Part shown: piece by piece, positions 63,368 to 64,000 of the stretch
Position numbering within the stretch: position 1 is the first letter of the stretch
Layout: every line of letters begins with the position of its first letter
Assembly (NCBI GenBank): GCA_045587125.1
Contig: JAZNBN010000016.1
Location: 96,728 to 160,727 of the forward strand
Source: Candidatus Enterousia sp.
GTDB lineage: Bacteria > Pseudomonadota > Alphaproteobacteria > Rs-D84
Direction: 5' to 3'
Length of the DNA: 64,000 nucleotides
Notes under the pieces: generated by a model
Seen by the model: the letters and a program-made list of their open reading frames with translations, nothing else
Database searches by the model: none
What the model was told of the DNA's origin: nothing
Made by a program: the position numbers and the translations under genes

Positions 63368-64000
63368 TTAAATCCTTTGTGTTTGACCGACTTTCCAGCC
63401 TTCTATTTGTTTTATTGCGTTTGCTACACGTGTCAGTTCGCCTGGGGTCAGTTCGGACATTTTTTTAGTAATAGGAATACCGGTTAATTTTTCAATACGT
63501 CTGTGATAAGACGCAGTATTATTTTCAGATGGCGGGGCATATCGACTGATTGCACCCTGTACAGTCAGTTTATTATAAGAATCTGTACGTAATAATGCTT
63601 CGATTGCATACATTCCGGTTGCTTCATCTGGGAATACTGCAAAACCACCCGCCTGTCCGATTGCGCCGACTTTGCGTGCGAATTCAGAATATCTGATATT
63701 GCCAGGGTTTGAATTTCGCCATGCACGTGTACCGCCTGTACGTTTTACAGATGTTCCATCTGGCATTTTATATATTACATCTTTACCTGATTCGATTGCC
63801 TGCCTTGATTGATTGGCGACATTTATTGGTGCATATTGTTGTGATGTATTAACATTAACTTCTGATGGGGTTCCTGCACCATACACAGGCATTTCTGAAA
63901 ACGGAATTTCATGCAAAGGCACGTCAGACACATTAGAATCATAAATACGTAAATTTTCATATAACCCGCCGTTGCCATCCAGTGTATCTTGACGCATTGC
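63368..64000 (-). CDS. Hypothetical protein with WRN.NPGNIR motif (start may lie beyond the window)
   Basis: Frame is open to the window edge. AWRNSNPGNIRYSEFARKVGAIGQAGGFAVF is a motif I associate with phage or cell-wall-associated proteins (from memory only). Confidence 0.45.
   Translation of the reverse strand, partial: AMRQDTLDGNGGLYENLRIYDSNVSDVPLHEIPFSEMPVYGAGTPSEVNVNTSQQYAPINVANQSRQAIESGKDVIYKMPDGTSVKRTGGTRAWRNSNPGNIRYSEFARKVGAIGQAGGFAVFPDEATGMYAIEALLRTDSYNKLTVQGAISRYAPPSENNTASYHRRIEKLTGIPITKKMSELTPGELTRVANAIKQIEGWKVGQTQRI

Overview
AT-rich chromosomal window from a Gram-negative bacterium. It is probably alphaproteobacterial, judging by an LptE lipoprotein (LTGCGFRPMY) followed by holA, a eukaryote-like ProRS, and beta-barrel OMPs ending in F. 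I see no rRNA, CRISPR array, integrase or transposase.

Layout:
- 1-11.4 kb: housekeeping genes (proS 3' part, ldh, sodB, cvpA, P-type ATPase, galE, ABC exporter).
- 11.4-27.1 kb: accessory stretch. It holds tandem HExxH proteins, a histidine-phosphatase fusion, an ADP-ribosyltransferase-like candidate, and LysR and HTH regulators. It also holds an S41-like peptidase, a tyrS operon, a dense Nudix/ASCH cluster, a Y-family polymerase relic and tRNA-Thr.
- 27-45 kb: U32 peptidase, surface and outer-membrane proteins, thyA, glyQS, ferredoxin, lgt, tRNA-Ser.
- 46-52.5 kb: LOS/LPS-type glycosyltransferase cluster.
- 52.5-64 kb: nrdDG, acyl-CoA ligase, lptE-holA-map-radC.

Most interesting observations:
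1. A Tyr-codon leader peptide with a terminator/antiterminator switch upstream of tyrS.
2. nrdD split by an in-frame TAA, so the glycyl-radical domain is a separate 60-aa ORF with its own RBS.
3. tyrS co-oriented with an NPP-like enzyme and several Nudix/ASCH genes, including Nudix-ASCH and Nudix-pyrophosphatase-like fusions.
4. One ~60-nt promoter/leader cassette repeated in front of three unrelated enzyme genes.
5. Duplications of the tRNA 3' end plus its terminator at both tRNA genes, suggesting decayed integration events.
6. A palindromic-repeat/(AG)10 region upstream of a Cys-rich surface protein gene.

All functional calls come from motif recognition by eye. No database search was run.
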